From: Methanocaldococcus jannaschii DSM 2661
GTDB taxonomy: Archaea; AGJL01; Methanococci; Methanococcales; Methanocaldococcaceae
Assembly: GCF_000091665.1 (NCBI RefSeq)
Contig: NC_000909.1
Coordinates: forward strand, 1,279,460 to 1,311,459
Reading direction: 5' to 3'
DNA: 32,000 nucleotides
A program made the translations under genes and the position numbers. Below the pieces are notes generated by a model. The model had not been told where the DNA came from. It saw only the letters and a program-made list of their open reading frames with translations, and searched no databases. Shown in pieces: positions 18,890 to 27,264 of the stretch; within the stretch, counting starts at the first letter, position 1, and every line of letters starts with the position of its first letter.

Positions 18890-20419
18890 TTCTCCAGCAG
18901 CTTTTATTCCTAAAACTTCTAACTCCTTCTCATTTAAGCCAACTCCTCTTAACCTATCTCTGTTTCCTCTTAAGCTTTCAATTGAGTTAATTCCAGCAGC
19001 TCCTAAGAGTTCTTTAATTTCATGTGTCCATGCCTTGATTAAGTTAGCTACTCTTCTTGCTCCAACTTCTGGGTCTAATCTCTTAACCAACTCTGGCCTT
19101 TGTGTTGCTATTCCCCAAGCACACAATCCAGTATAACATCTTCCACAAACTCTACAGCCAAGAGCAACCATTGCAGCAGTTCCAATATAGACAGCATCTG
19201 CTCCTAAAGCTATAGCCTTAAATACATCTGCTGAACATCTGATTCCTCCACTTGCTATGATGCTAATTTCATTTCTCAAACCTTCCTCTCTCAATCTTTG
19301 ATCTACTGCGGCAATAGCCATTTCTATTGGGATTCCAACATGGTCTCTGAATACCTTTGGTGCTGCCCCTGTCCCTCCTTTATATCCATCTATAACAACT
19401 GCGTCAGCATCACTTGTTGCTATTCCAACAGCAATAGCTGGAGCATTATGGACAGCTGCAATTTTAACAAACACTGGCTTTTTCCATCTTGTTGCTTCTT
19501 TCAAACTTCTAACTAATTGAGCTAAATCCTCAATTGAGTAAATGTCATGGTGAGGAGCTGGTGAGATAGCATCACTTCCCTCAGGAATCATTCTTGTTGC
19601 TGAAATTTCTGCTGTAACCTTCTCTCCAGGTAAGTGCCCTCCAATTCCAGGCTTAGCTCCCTGCCCTATTTTAATCTCTATTGCAGAACCTTTCATAAGA
19701 TACTCTTCATTAACTCCAAATCTTCCACTTGCAACTTGGGTAATTATGTGGTCTGCATAAGGGTAGAGAGCTTTTGGCAATCCTCCTTCACCAGTTCCCA
19801 TGAATGTTCCACATTCTTTAACTGCCTTAGCAAATGATAGGTGAGCGTTTAAAGACAAAGCTCCATAAGACATATGGGCAATCATTATTGGGGTATCTAA
19901 CTTTAAGTTTGGAGCTATTTTTGTTTTTAACTTAGCTTTTTTAATCTTCTTGCCATCAATCTCTTCTTCAACAAATTCAAACTCTAACTGCTTTGGTTTT
20001 TTACCAATGTAAGTTCTTAATTCCATTGGCTCTCTCAATGGGTCGATGGATGGGTTTGTAACTTGGCATGCATCTAAAACAATCTTATCAAAATAGATTG
20101 GGTGTTCTTTGGCATTACCCATCCCACTCAATAAAATACAGCCGGTTTTTGCTTGATTGTAAATATCAACCCTTGCATCTACATCCCATAATGGGTGGCT
20201 TCTCCAAGATATTGCATTTTCTTTAATTGTTATTGCATCCCTTGGACACATTACAACACATCTATGGCAAGCTCCACATCTGTTTGAGTAGCTAATAATT
20301 CTATCTCCTTCCCTCCTATAAACTCCCCAGGAACACTCTATTGTACATCTCTCACATAGCATACATCTGTTTGGGTCAACCTCTACTTTATACTTTGGTG
20401 GCACATAGCTGGGAATCAT
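18887..20419 (-). CDS. gltB: Glutamate synthase FMN-binding (central) domain protein with N-terminal 2x[4Fe-4S] ferredoxin
   Basis: CMLCERCTIEC and CGACHRCVVMCP are followed by the GltS FMN-domain motifs (MSYGALS, IKIGQGAKPGIGGHLPG, ISPAPHHDIYSIEDL, DGYKGGTGAAP, ASGGIR). Confidence 0.9.
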   Translation of the reverse strand: MIPSYVPPKYKVEVDPNRCMLCERCTIECSWGVYRREGDRIISYSNRCGACHRCVVMCPRDAITIKENAISWRSHPLWDVDARVDIYNQAKTGCILLSGMGNAKEHPIYFDKIVLDACQVTNPSIDPLREPMELRTYIGKKPKQLEFEFVEEEIDGKKIKKAKLKTKIAPNLKLDTPIMIAHMSYGALSLNAHLSFAKAVKECGTFMGTGEGGLPKALYPYADHIITQVASGRFGVNEEYLMKGSAIEIKIGQGAKPGIGGHLPGEKVTAEISATRMIPEGSDAISPAPHHDIYSIEDLAQLVRSLKEATRWKKPVFVKIAAVHNAPAIAVGIATSDADAVVIDGYKGGTGAAPKVFRDHVGIPIEMAIAAVDQRLREEGLRNEISIIASGGIRCSADVFKAIALGADAVYIGTAAMVALGCRVCGRCYTGLCAWGIATQRPELVKRLDPEVGARRVANLIKAWTHEIKELLGAAGINSIESLRGNRDRLRGVGLNEKELEVLGIKAAGE

Positions 20420-20464
20420 GATTTCACTTCCTCATGTTTTTATTTTTAATCTTTTAATCTTTGT

Positions 20465-21553
20465 TTATTTCCAAGGTCTTGCTATAACAGGCATTCCAGC
20501 GTCAGGCATCCAAACTCTATCTAAGTCAGGGCAGATTCTTCTTATAGCAGATTCTTCACTTGAAATAAATATCATATCATCCTTTTCAGCTGCAATTAAT
20601 GGTCTTAACTTAATTCTATCTGTTAAACCAAACATTGTTGTGTCTTTCTCAATATCTCCATTCATAAAGATTAAACCTTGAGGAGTTCCAACTGCTATTG
20701 CGAAAGGACCATTTAGCATAGCTCCTCCATAAGCCAATCTTATTGCTGTATGTAACTCTCTCTCTTCCTCTGGCATCTTATCTATTTCATCCCAAAATCT
20801 TGGTGCTAAAGCAGATAAGGCATACTCAACAGGGATTTTGTGTTTTCTCATCAATAAATCTAATATATAGGCAACAACTTCAGTATCGGTTAATAATCTA
20901 CACTTATAACCAAACATTTCAACAAATCTTTTGTTTGTTCCATAGCTTGTTATCTCTCCATTATGCACTACACTCCAATTTAATAAATTGAATGGGTGAG
21001 CTCCTCCCCACCATGCTCTTGTGTTTGTTGGATATCTTGCATGTGCTAACCACATATAACCTTCATATTTATCTATTCTATAGAATTTAGCAACCTCATC
21101 AGGCCATCCTACTGCCTTAAAAACACCTAAATCCTTACCACTTGAAATGACAAAAGCTCCATCTATTTTGTCATTAATCTCCATAACTATATCTACGACA
21201 ACATCTTCCTCTCTATCAGCAAATTTTTCATCAACTTCATAAAAGTATCTCCAAGGAATTTGTGTTTTTTCTATAATGCCATCTTCTGTTGGTATTTCCT
21301 CATCTTTAACTATTGTCCCATACTGCTCTAAGACATTCTCAACCTCTACCTTTATTTTCTCAAACTTTGGTGTGTTGTCAATTAAAATGTGGAATGCATA
21401 GCAATCTTTATACTTTGTTGGATATATTCCATAACCTACATAACCAGAACCCTTCCCATTACCTCTCTCTTTTAGACTATCTAACGCTAACGCTATCTTA
21501 TCCCCTTTTATCATTCTTTTTTTTCTACTCATAAAACCGATAATACCACACAT
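20465..21553 (-). CDS. Glutamate synthase glutamine amidotransferase (class II, Ntn) domain protein
   Basis: MCGIIG at the N-terminus. The Ntn mechanism needs Cys directly after the initiator Met, so ATG 21553 is the start rather than the track TTG at 21559. [10 protein letters not shown] and HNGEI are class II GATase motifs. GGAGGG lies upstream. Confidence 0.9.
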
Positions 21554-21730
21554 GAACAACCCTCCGTAGAGATATAAAAGAGATAGTTTTTTGGGTTTTC
21601 TAAATATTGGTTGAAGTTATATTTAAATAATTATGGTCTGAGACTTATGATTTGGAATATTACAATATATAAAATAATTTAATTTTAAAATAGAATAACT
21701 AAAATAAAATATTTAAACTAAAATTAAAAA

Positions 21731-22492
21731 TTAAATCTCTGGTGTTGGAGGTAAAGTTCTCTTATGCTCATTCTTTTTAATTAAATCAAACACATAGTTA
21801 ATAGTTTCCAATGGAATGTTTGTCTCTTTATGAATCTCCTCTGGAGTTTTGCCCTTCTCATAAAGCTTTAATATCGTATCTAAAGTTTCATACTTAATGT
21901 CAAGCTCCTCTTCATCTGTCTGTCCTTCCCAAAGCCCTGCTGATGGTGGTTTTTCAATAATTTCCTTTGGAACACCAATATATTTAGCAAGTTTTTTAAC
22001 CTCTGTTTTAAATAAATTGCCTATTGGTCTTATATCACAAGCAATGTCTCCATGTTTTGTTCCATATCCAACATAAATCTCAGATTTATTGGAAGTTCCA
22101 GCAACTAATAAATTATATTTATTTGCAAAGTAATAGAGGATGCACATCCTAATCCTTGCCTTTAAATTTCCATCCGCTATCTTATCAAACTCTCTCGTTG
22201 GGACATAACCTCCAGCACCAAATGCCTTTAAGATATCTGTTATATCTGAGATAATATACTTTATTCCTAAATTCTCAGCAACCATCTTTGCATGTTCAAC
22301 ATCTTTTGGATTTGTATTCTTCTCTGGCATTATTAAGCCGAGAACTTTATCTTTTCCAAGTGCCTTAACACATAAATAAGCTGTAACAGAAGAATCAATA
22401 CCCCCACTTAATCCAACAACAACTCCATTGGCATTGGCTTCTTCAACCTTCTCCCTGATAAATTTTGTAATCTTATTAACTATCTCTTCCAT
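21731..22492 (-). CDS. nadE: NH3-dependent NAD+ synthetase
   Basis: PP-loop GLSGGIDSSV, family body YGTKHGD, and C-terminal KR..P. GGTGA lies 4 nt before ATG 22492. Confidence 0.9.
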   Translation of the reverse strand: MEEIVNKITKFIREKVEEANANGVVVGLSGGIDSSVTAYLCVKALGKDKVLGLIMPEKNTNPKDVEHAKMVAENLGIKYIISDITDILKAFGAGGYVPTREFDKIADGNLKARIRMCILYYFANKYNLLVAGTSNKSEIYVGYGTKHGDIACDIRPIGNLFKTEVKKLAKYIGVPKEIIEKPPSAGLWEGQTDEEELDIKYETLDTILKLYEKGKTPEEIHKETNIPLETINYVFDLIKKNEHKRTLPPTPEI

Positions 22493-22512
22493 ACTCTCAC
22501 CCCATAACATTA

Positions 22513-22526
22513 GGAAATATGATTCC
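22513..22526 (-). promoter_or_regulatory. NrpR-type nitrogen operator GGAA-N6-TTCC in the nadE promoter
   Basis: The perfect palindrome ggaaatatgattcc lies 2 nt downstream of the TATA box and 20 nt upstream of the nadE ATG. Confidence 0.65.
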
Positions 22527-22528
22527 TA

Positions 22529-22537
22529 TTATATAAA
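22529..22537 (-). promoter_or_regulatory. nadE TATA box
   Basis: The minus strand reads TTTATATAA, a near-consensus archaeal TATA, 12 nt after the fdhA stop and about 40 nt before the nadE ATG. Confidence 0.55.
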
Positions 22538-22549
22538 CAATTCTATAAA

Positions 22550-24571
22550 TTAAATTCGTTCAATCTTTACAGCACACACCTTAAGCTCTGGAATTTTACA
22601 CAACTCATCTAACGCAGTATTGGTTAATACGTTAGGATTTGCCTCAACGAAGTGGAATGGCATAAATACAACTCCTTTTTTAATGTCTTCAGTTATTCTT
22701 GCTTTGGCAGTTATCTCTCCTCTCCTTGAAATCACCTTAACTAAATCACCATTCTCAATTTTTAATGATTTGGCATCATCTGGATTTATTTCAATAAATG
22801 GTTCATTAATCTCTTCAACTAAATTTTTGCATCGTCTTGTCATGGTTCCAGTATGGTAGTGGAATATTATTCTTCCAGTTGTTAGAATGAAAGGATAATC
22901 TTTATCTGGTAGTTCTGCAACTTCTCTATACTCAACTGGGAATATCTTTCCTCTACCGTTATCTGTTAAAAACTTATCTTTATGTAAGATTTTTGTTCCT
23001 GAATGATTTTCATCTAAACAAGGCCAATGAATGCCATCAATTTTTAATCTTTTGTAGGTTATGCCTCTATATTGAGGCGTAACTTTTCTAATCTCGTTAA
23101 ATATATCCTCTACCTTATTGTAGTTAAATTTATCTCCATAACCAAGTTTTTCAGCTAATTTTTTGATTATTATCCAATCCTCTAAAGCCTCTCCAGGTGG
23201 ATTTACAGCTTTTCTTATTAATTGAACTCTCCTTTCAGTGTTTGTAAAAGTTCCATCCTTCTCTGCCCAACATGCAGCTGGAAGAACAACATCTGCCAAT
23301 TTTGCAGTTTCAGTTAAGAATATATCTTGAACTACTAAAAAATCTAAGCTTTTTAATGCCTTTTCAACATGCTTAACATCCGGGTCTGATACTATTGGAT
23401 TTTCTCCCATTATGTATAGGAATTTAATATTTTTTCCAGATTCATCTATCATCTCTGGTATTGTTAAACCAGAATTTGGATTCAAGTCAGTTTTCCAATA
23501 CTCTTCAAATAATTTATAGCCATCTTCAACCTTTTGATACCCAGGAAATACATTTGGCAAAGCTCCCATATCACAAGCTCCTTGAACGTTATTCTGCCCC
23601 CTTAATGGATTAACCCCAGTTCCTTCTTTACCAATATTTCCGGTTATCATGGCTAAATTACACAATGCCTTGACAGCATCAACACCGTGTGTAAATTGTG
23701 TTACTCCCATGCAGTATATGATAGATGCCCTTTCAGCATTTCCATAAATTTTAGCACTCTCAATTATCAGTTCTTTATCAACTCCGCATATTTTTGATGC
23801 ATATTCTGGTGTATATTTTTTAATAATTTCTTTTAATTTCTCAAAGCCTTCTGTTCTATTTTTTATGAATTCTTTATCTATCAAATTTTCTTTTATAATT
23901 ACATTAATCATGGCGTTTATTAAGGCAACATTAGTTCCAGGAATTATTTGTAGATATATATCAGAGTTTTTTGCAGTTATTGTTCTTCTTGGGTCTATAA
24001 CTATTATTTTTGCTCCTTTATCTTTGGCTCTCATTATTCTTCTTGCGATTAATGGGTGTTGTTCAAAGGTGTTTGAGCCAATTATCAATATACAATCTGC
24101 TAATTCAATATCCTCTATGCTGTTTGTCATAGCACCGGACCCGAAGCATGCACTCATTCCAGTAACAGTTGCTGAATGTCACAACCTTGCACAATGGTCA
24201 ATATTGTTTGTCTTTAAAGCAACCCTTGCAAATTTTTGTAAAATGTAGTTATCTTCGTTAGTGCATCTTGCAGATGAAAAAAAGCCAATCTCATCCTTAT
24301 AGGTCTTTAAATTTTCTGCAATTACTTCTAAAGCTTTATTCCATGTAGTTTCAACAAAACCACTTTCTTTTTTTATCAATGGTTTTGTTAATCTATCCTT
24401 ACTGTGTATAAACTGATAGCAATAATTTCCTTTAGCACATAACTTTCCTTCATTTATTGGATGTCTTTTGTTAGGATGAATACCTATGACTCTGCCATCT
24501 TTAACTACCAACCCCAAACCACAACCTACTCCACAATAAGGGCAGATAGTATTTACAATCTTAAATTCCAT
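22550..24571 (-). CDS. fdhA: Formate dehydrogenase alpha subunit (molybdopterin/tungstopterin oxidoreductase), selenocysteine-containing; in-frame UGA at 24179-24181
   Basis: Track ORFs 24179..24610 and 22550..24157 are in the same frame, separated only by TGA. The read-through gives ..[29 protein letters not shown].., the FDH active-site context. The N-terminal 4Fe-4S motif is [18 protein letters not shown] precedes ATG 24571. Confidence 0.9.
24138..24153 (-). repeat. Coding-region arm of a 16-nt perfect long-range inverted repeat (partner 24605-24620)
   Basis: The plus strand reads gacccgaagcatgcac. On the mRNA this is GUGCAUGCUUCGGGUC (codons S-A-C-F-G-S), starting 25 nt 3' of the UGA. 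Confidence 0.9.
24179..24181 (-). other. UGA selenocysteine codon of fdhA
   Basis: The plus strand tca is TGA on the minus strand. It sits in frame at the conserved C/U position of the HCAR(L/V)-U/C-H motif, and a SECIS is present in the same transcript region. Confidence 0.85.
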
Positions 24572-24604
24572 GGTTTCACCTAATTCTTTTAAATTTTTAT
24601 TTTT

Positions 24605-24620
24605 GTGCATGCTTCGGGTC
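24605..24620 (-). repeat. 5'-UTR arm of the 16-nt perfect long-range inverted repeat (partner 24138-24153)
   Basis: The plus strand reads gtgcatgcttcgggtc. On the mRNA this is GACCCGAAGCAUGCAC, 6 nt (A6) 3' of the SECIS and 33 nt 5' of the AUG. Confidence 0.9.
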
Positions 24621-24626
24621 TTTTTT

Positions 24627-24673
24627 CGCCACCTGCTCCCTTGTATTATTTATATTGGGTTCGCAGGGTGGCG
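24627..24673 (-). promoter_or_regulatory. Archaeal SECIS element located in the fdhA 5' UTR
   Basis: The minus-strand RNA is CGCCACCCUGC-GAA-CCC-[16-nt AU loop]-GGG-A-GCAGGUGGCG. It forms a 10-bp GC-rich lower helix with one bulged C, the conserved asymmetric GAA/A internal loop, and three G-C pairs. It is the only other GC-rich noncoding island in the window. Confidence 0.85.
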
Positions 24674-24873
24674 GGTGCTATATCAGTTTAAAAACTGTAA
24701 ATTTTTATCCTATTTTTTAATTTTTATGTTTATAAATTTCTAAACATATTTAAATTAATTGATTATAGAAAAGTTTTTATAGAACTTCATAGACATAAAA
24801 AAGTGAGAACTTTAATTAGTAAAAAATGAATATAAATTAGCAATATTAGAACAAAATATGATAGGGGAAAATA

Positions 24874-25311
24874 ATGGATGTAGGAATAATACTTGGAATT
24901 CTCTCAGCCATGGGTTTTTTAGTATTTTTAGGGATTGGAGGCCATATTCTTATAGGATATGAAATAATAAGAAAGATTAGCAAAGCCTATGAAAAAGGGG
25001 AAGATGTGAAAGAACTTGAAAATAAAATAATAAATAAAAGTCATTTAACAAATACCTTAGAGAAAATAACAACATTCACACTAACTTCTATATTTCTCTT
25101 TGAGATGGAAAAATACAGGTATGTAATTGATGTTGGATATTCAATTTTGTTCTTAGTAACTTTAACGTTATATTTGGTGCCAAATCTTAGCCTGCTTGTA
25201 TGGGTTACATTCTTTGGAGCAACAGTTTTTATGATAATGTTGTGGATTCTTAGATTTAGAGCAATAAAAGAATTCAATAAAGCATTTATTGAAGAACTTA
25301 CAACACAATAA
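24874..25311 (+). CDS. Hypothetical membrane protein (3-4 TM)
   Basis: The 145-aa ORF has hydrophobic segments at both ends and a charged linker. GGGGA lies upstream of the ATG. Confidence 0.55.
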   Translation: MDVGIILGILSAMGFLVFLGIGGHILIGYEIIRKISKAYEKGEDVKELENKIINKSHLTNTLEKITTFTLTSIFLFEMEKYRYVIDVGYSILFLVTLTLYLVPNLSLLVWVTFFGATVFMIMLWILRFRAIKEFNKAFIEELTTQ

Positions 25312-25354
25312 AAATAAATACAAAAATAATAATAAATAGTGATGAGGTGATATC

Positions 25355-27070
25355 GTGTTCCTAAAAAAGAGACACTTGGAAATATTAAAAAAGATGAAAG
25401 AGACAGAAATGCAGAACGAGATAGAAAAAGCTCTACCAGAAGAGTTTAAAACAAGAGCTTTAGAGCTGTTTATATTAGGATTTGCTGAATTAAAAGGAGA
25501 TAAGATAATATTCACTGAAGCTGGTAAAAAATTGATGGAGATTGTTGATAAAATTGATTTAGAAAAGATTCCAGATATATTTGTAGATTCTGAGATTATT
25601 AAAATTATGGAATTGTTGGAGGAAACTGGAAATGTTCCAGAGGACTGGATGTTAATGTTAAAAGAGAGATTCTTAGCAGATGAAAATGGTTTAACAGAGA
25701 TTGGAAAAGAGATTTTAAAGATATATAGAGAGACACATCCAGTTGTTTATCTAACTCCTGAATTATTGGCATTTATAAAAGATATGCCAAAGATTGGAGT
25801 TTATGATGAGCTAATAACTTACAAAAACACTAAAGAATATGGAGATAACATAATTAATGCACTCCAAGCTATGAGATTGCTTTTAATTTCACCAAAAACA
25901 GAAAGTGGAAAGGCATTTTCTACAACAAAGGCATTGAACTATGTTTTAAAAGTAGCTTCATTAGTTCCAAACTTAAGTAGGGCTTTAATATTGAGAAAAG
26001 AGGACTTTGAAATTTTGGAGAGAGGAGAAACTACTGAAGAGATGACAGAAAGCGGTTTCTATGCTGAAGGAAAAGTTACTGAATTAGGACAAGCAATGAT
26101 GGACACTTATAAAGAGATGGGTAAGGTTGAGGAGAAAACCCTCCCAATCTATGTCTTAGAGGATGAGATTAAGGTTTTAAAGGCAATTGAAGAAATAAAG
26201 GAAAAGTATGAAACAAACCCTGAAATTATACCAACTTACGATGAAATTAAAAAGAGAACAAATATTGATGACTTAGGGGCTGTATTACACACCTTAGAAT
26301 CAAAAGAGTTAATAAAGAGAGAAGTTGTTAAAAATAAAGACACATATTGGATGACAGAGTTTGGAGAGAAGGTTAAAGATTTAGGAGAGGTATCAACAGA
26401 TGGAATGAAAGCTATAACCTATCCAGAAAGTGGAGATGTGCCAATTGCTGAATGGGTAATTAAAGGTAAAGAAGAAGGAACTGTAAAAAGAGGAATAACA
26501 GAAAAAGGAAAATACTTAATAAAATTATCAAAAACAATTAAAAGAAAGCCATACTTAACAAAATATGATATCTCAACTCTAATTAAGATTCCAAGAAAGA
26601 GATATATCCACAGAGATGAATTAGTTAAGTTAATCCAAGGTCATGTTGGTGGAGATGAGAAAGAAATCATTAAATCTTTAGGTGAGGCAGAATCCAAAGG
26701 ATTCATTAAAGAGTTGCAAAACAAGATGATTAAATTAACAGAATTAGGGGAAGAGGTTAAAACAGCTATAGAAATGGCGAAAATCCAAGAATTGTTGGCA
26801 ACAAAGTTTGCTGTAACTCCAACAACATTCAACATATTAAAAACCATCTATGACCATAAAGAAGAGTTTGATAAAGTTTGGAAAGAGAAGAGTGAGGGTA
26901 AAGAACATAAAGAAAATGAAATTGTATTGTTAGCTAAGTATCTATCTTTAACCCCAGAGGAGATTAAAAAGAACTTGGTTATATTAAAGAATGTTGGATT
27001 CATAGGGAAGAAGGGATTAACAGACGCTGGAGTTAAATTGGTAGAAGCTTATCTAAACTTCTACCAATAA
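25355..27070 (+). CDS. Hypothetical 571-aa protein built from about seven winged-helix-like repeats (DUF505-like by memory)
   Basis: The GTG start is preceded by GAGGTGA (4-nt spacer). The motif h-T-[ED]-x-G-x-x-h-x-x-h recurs as FTEAGKKLMEIV, LTEIGKEILKIY, VTELGQAMMDTY, MTEFGEKVKDLG, ITEKGKYLIKLS, LTELGEEVKTAI and LTDAGVKLVEAY. Confidence 0.6.
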   Translation: MFLKKRHLEILKKMKETEMQNEIEKALPEEFKTRALELFILGFAELKGDKIIFTEAGKKLMEIVDKIDLEKIPDIFVDSEIIKIMELLEETGNVPEDWMLMLKERFLADENGLTEIGKEILKIYRETHPVVYLTPELLAFIKDMPKIGVYDELITYKNTKEYGDNIINALQAMRLLLISPKTESGKAFSTTKALNYVLKVASLVPNLSRALILRKEDFEILERGETTEEMTESGFYAEGKVTELGQAMMDTYKEMGKVEEKTLPIYVLEDEIKVLKAIEEIKEKYETNPEIIPTYDEIKKRTNIDDLGAVLHTLESKELIKREVVKNKDTYWMTEFGEKVKDLGEVSTDGMKAITYPESGDVPIAEWVIKGKEEGTVKRGITEKGKYLIKLSKTIKRKPYLTKYDISTLIKIPRKRYIHRDELVKLIQGHVGGDEKEIIKSLGEAESKGFIKELQNKMIKLTELGEEVKTAIEMAKIQELLATKFAVTPTTFNILKTIYDHKEEFDKVWKEKSEGKEHKENEIVLLAKYLSLTPEEIKKNLVILKNVGFIGKKGLTDAGVKLVEAYLNFYQ

Positions 27071-27264
27071 CCAATAAGTATTTATACCATTTCTAAATCA
27101 TATTTTTAGTAGATGCAGTTAAATAGAAACTTATTATTCTTAATTTTTTATTTAAAAAACTCCAGACTAAACTAAATAAGTAATAATATTAAACAATAAA
27201 ATAACACTATATTTGTATATACCCATAATTCAAATTAAAAATTAACATAGAGGAGGGGGTAGTA

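Noticed and set aside
22550-24610. Reading the two track ORFs (24179..24610 and 22550..24157) as a split gene or pseudogene.
   Set aside because: They share one frame and are separated only by TGA at the conserved Sec/Cys active-site position. A canonical SECIS is present on the same strand, so selenocysteine recoding is the better explanation.
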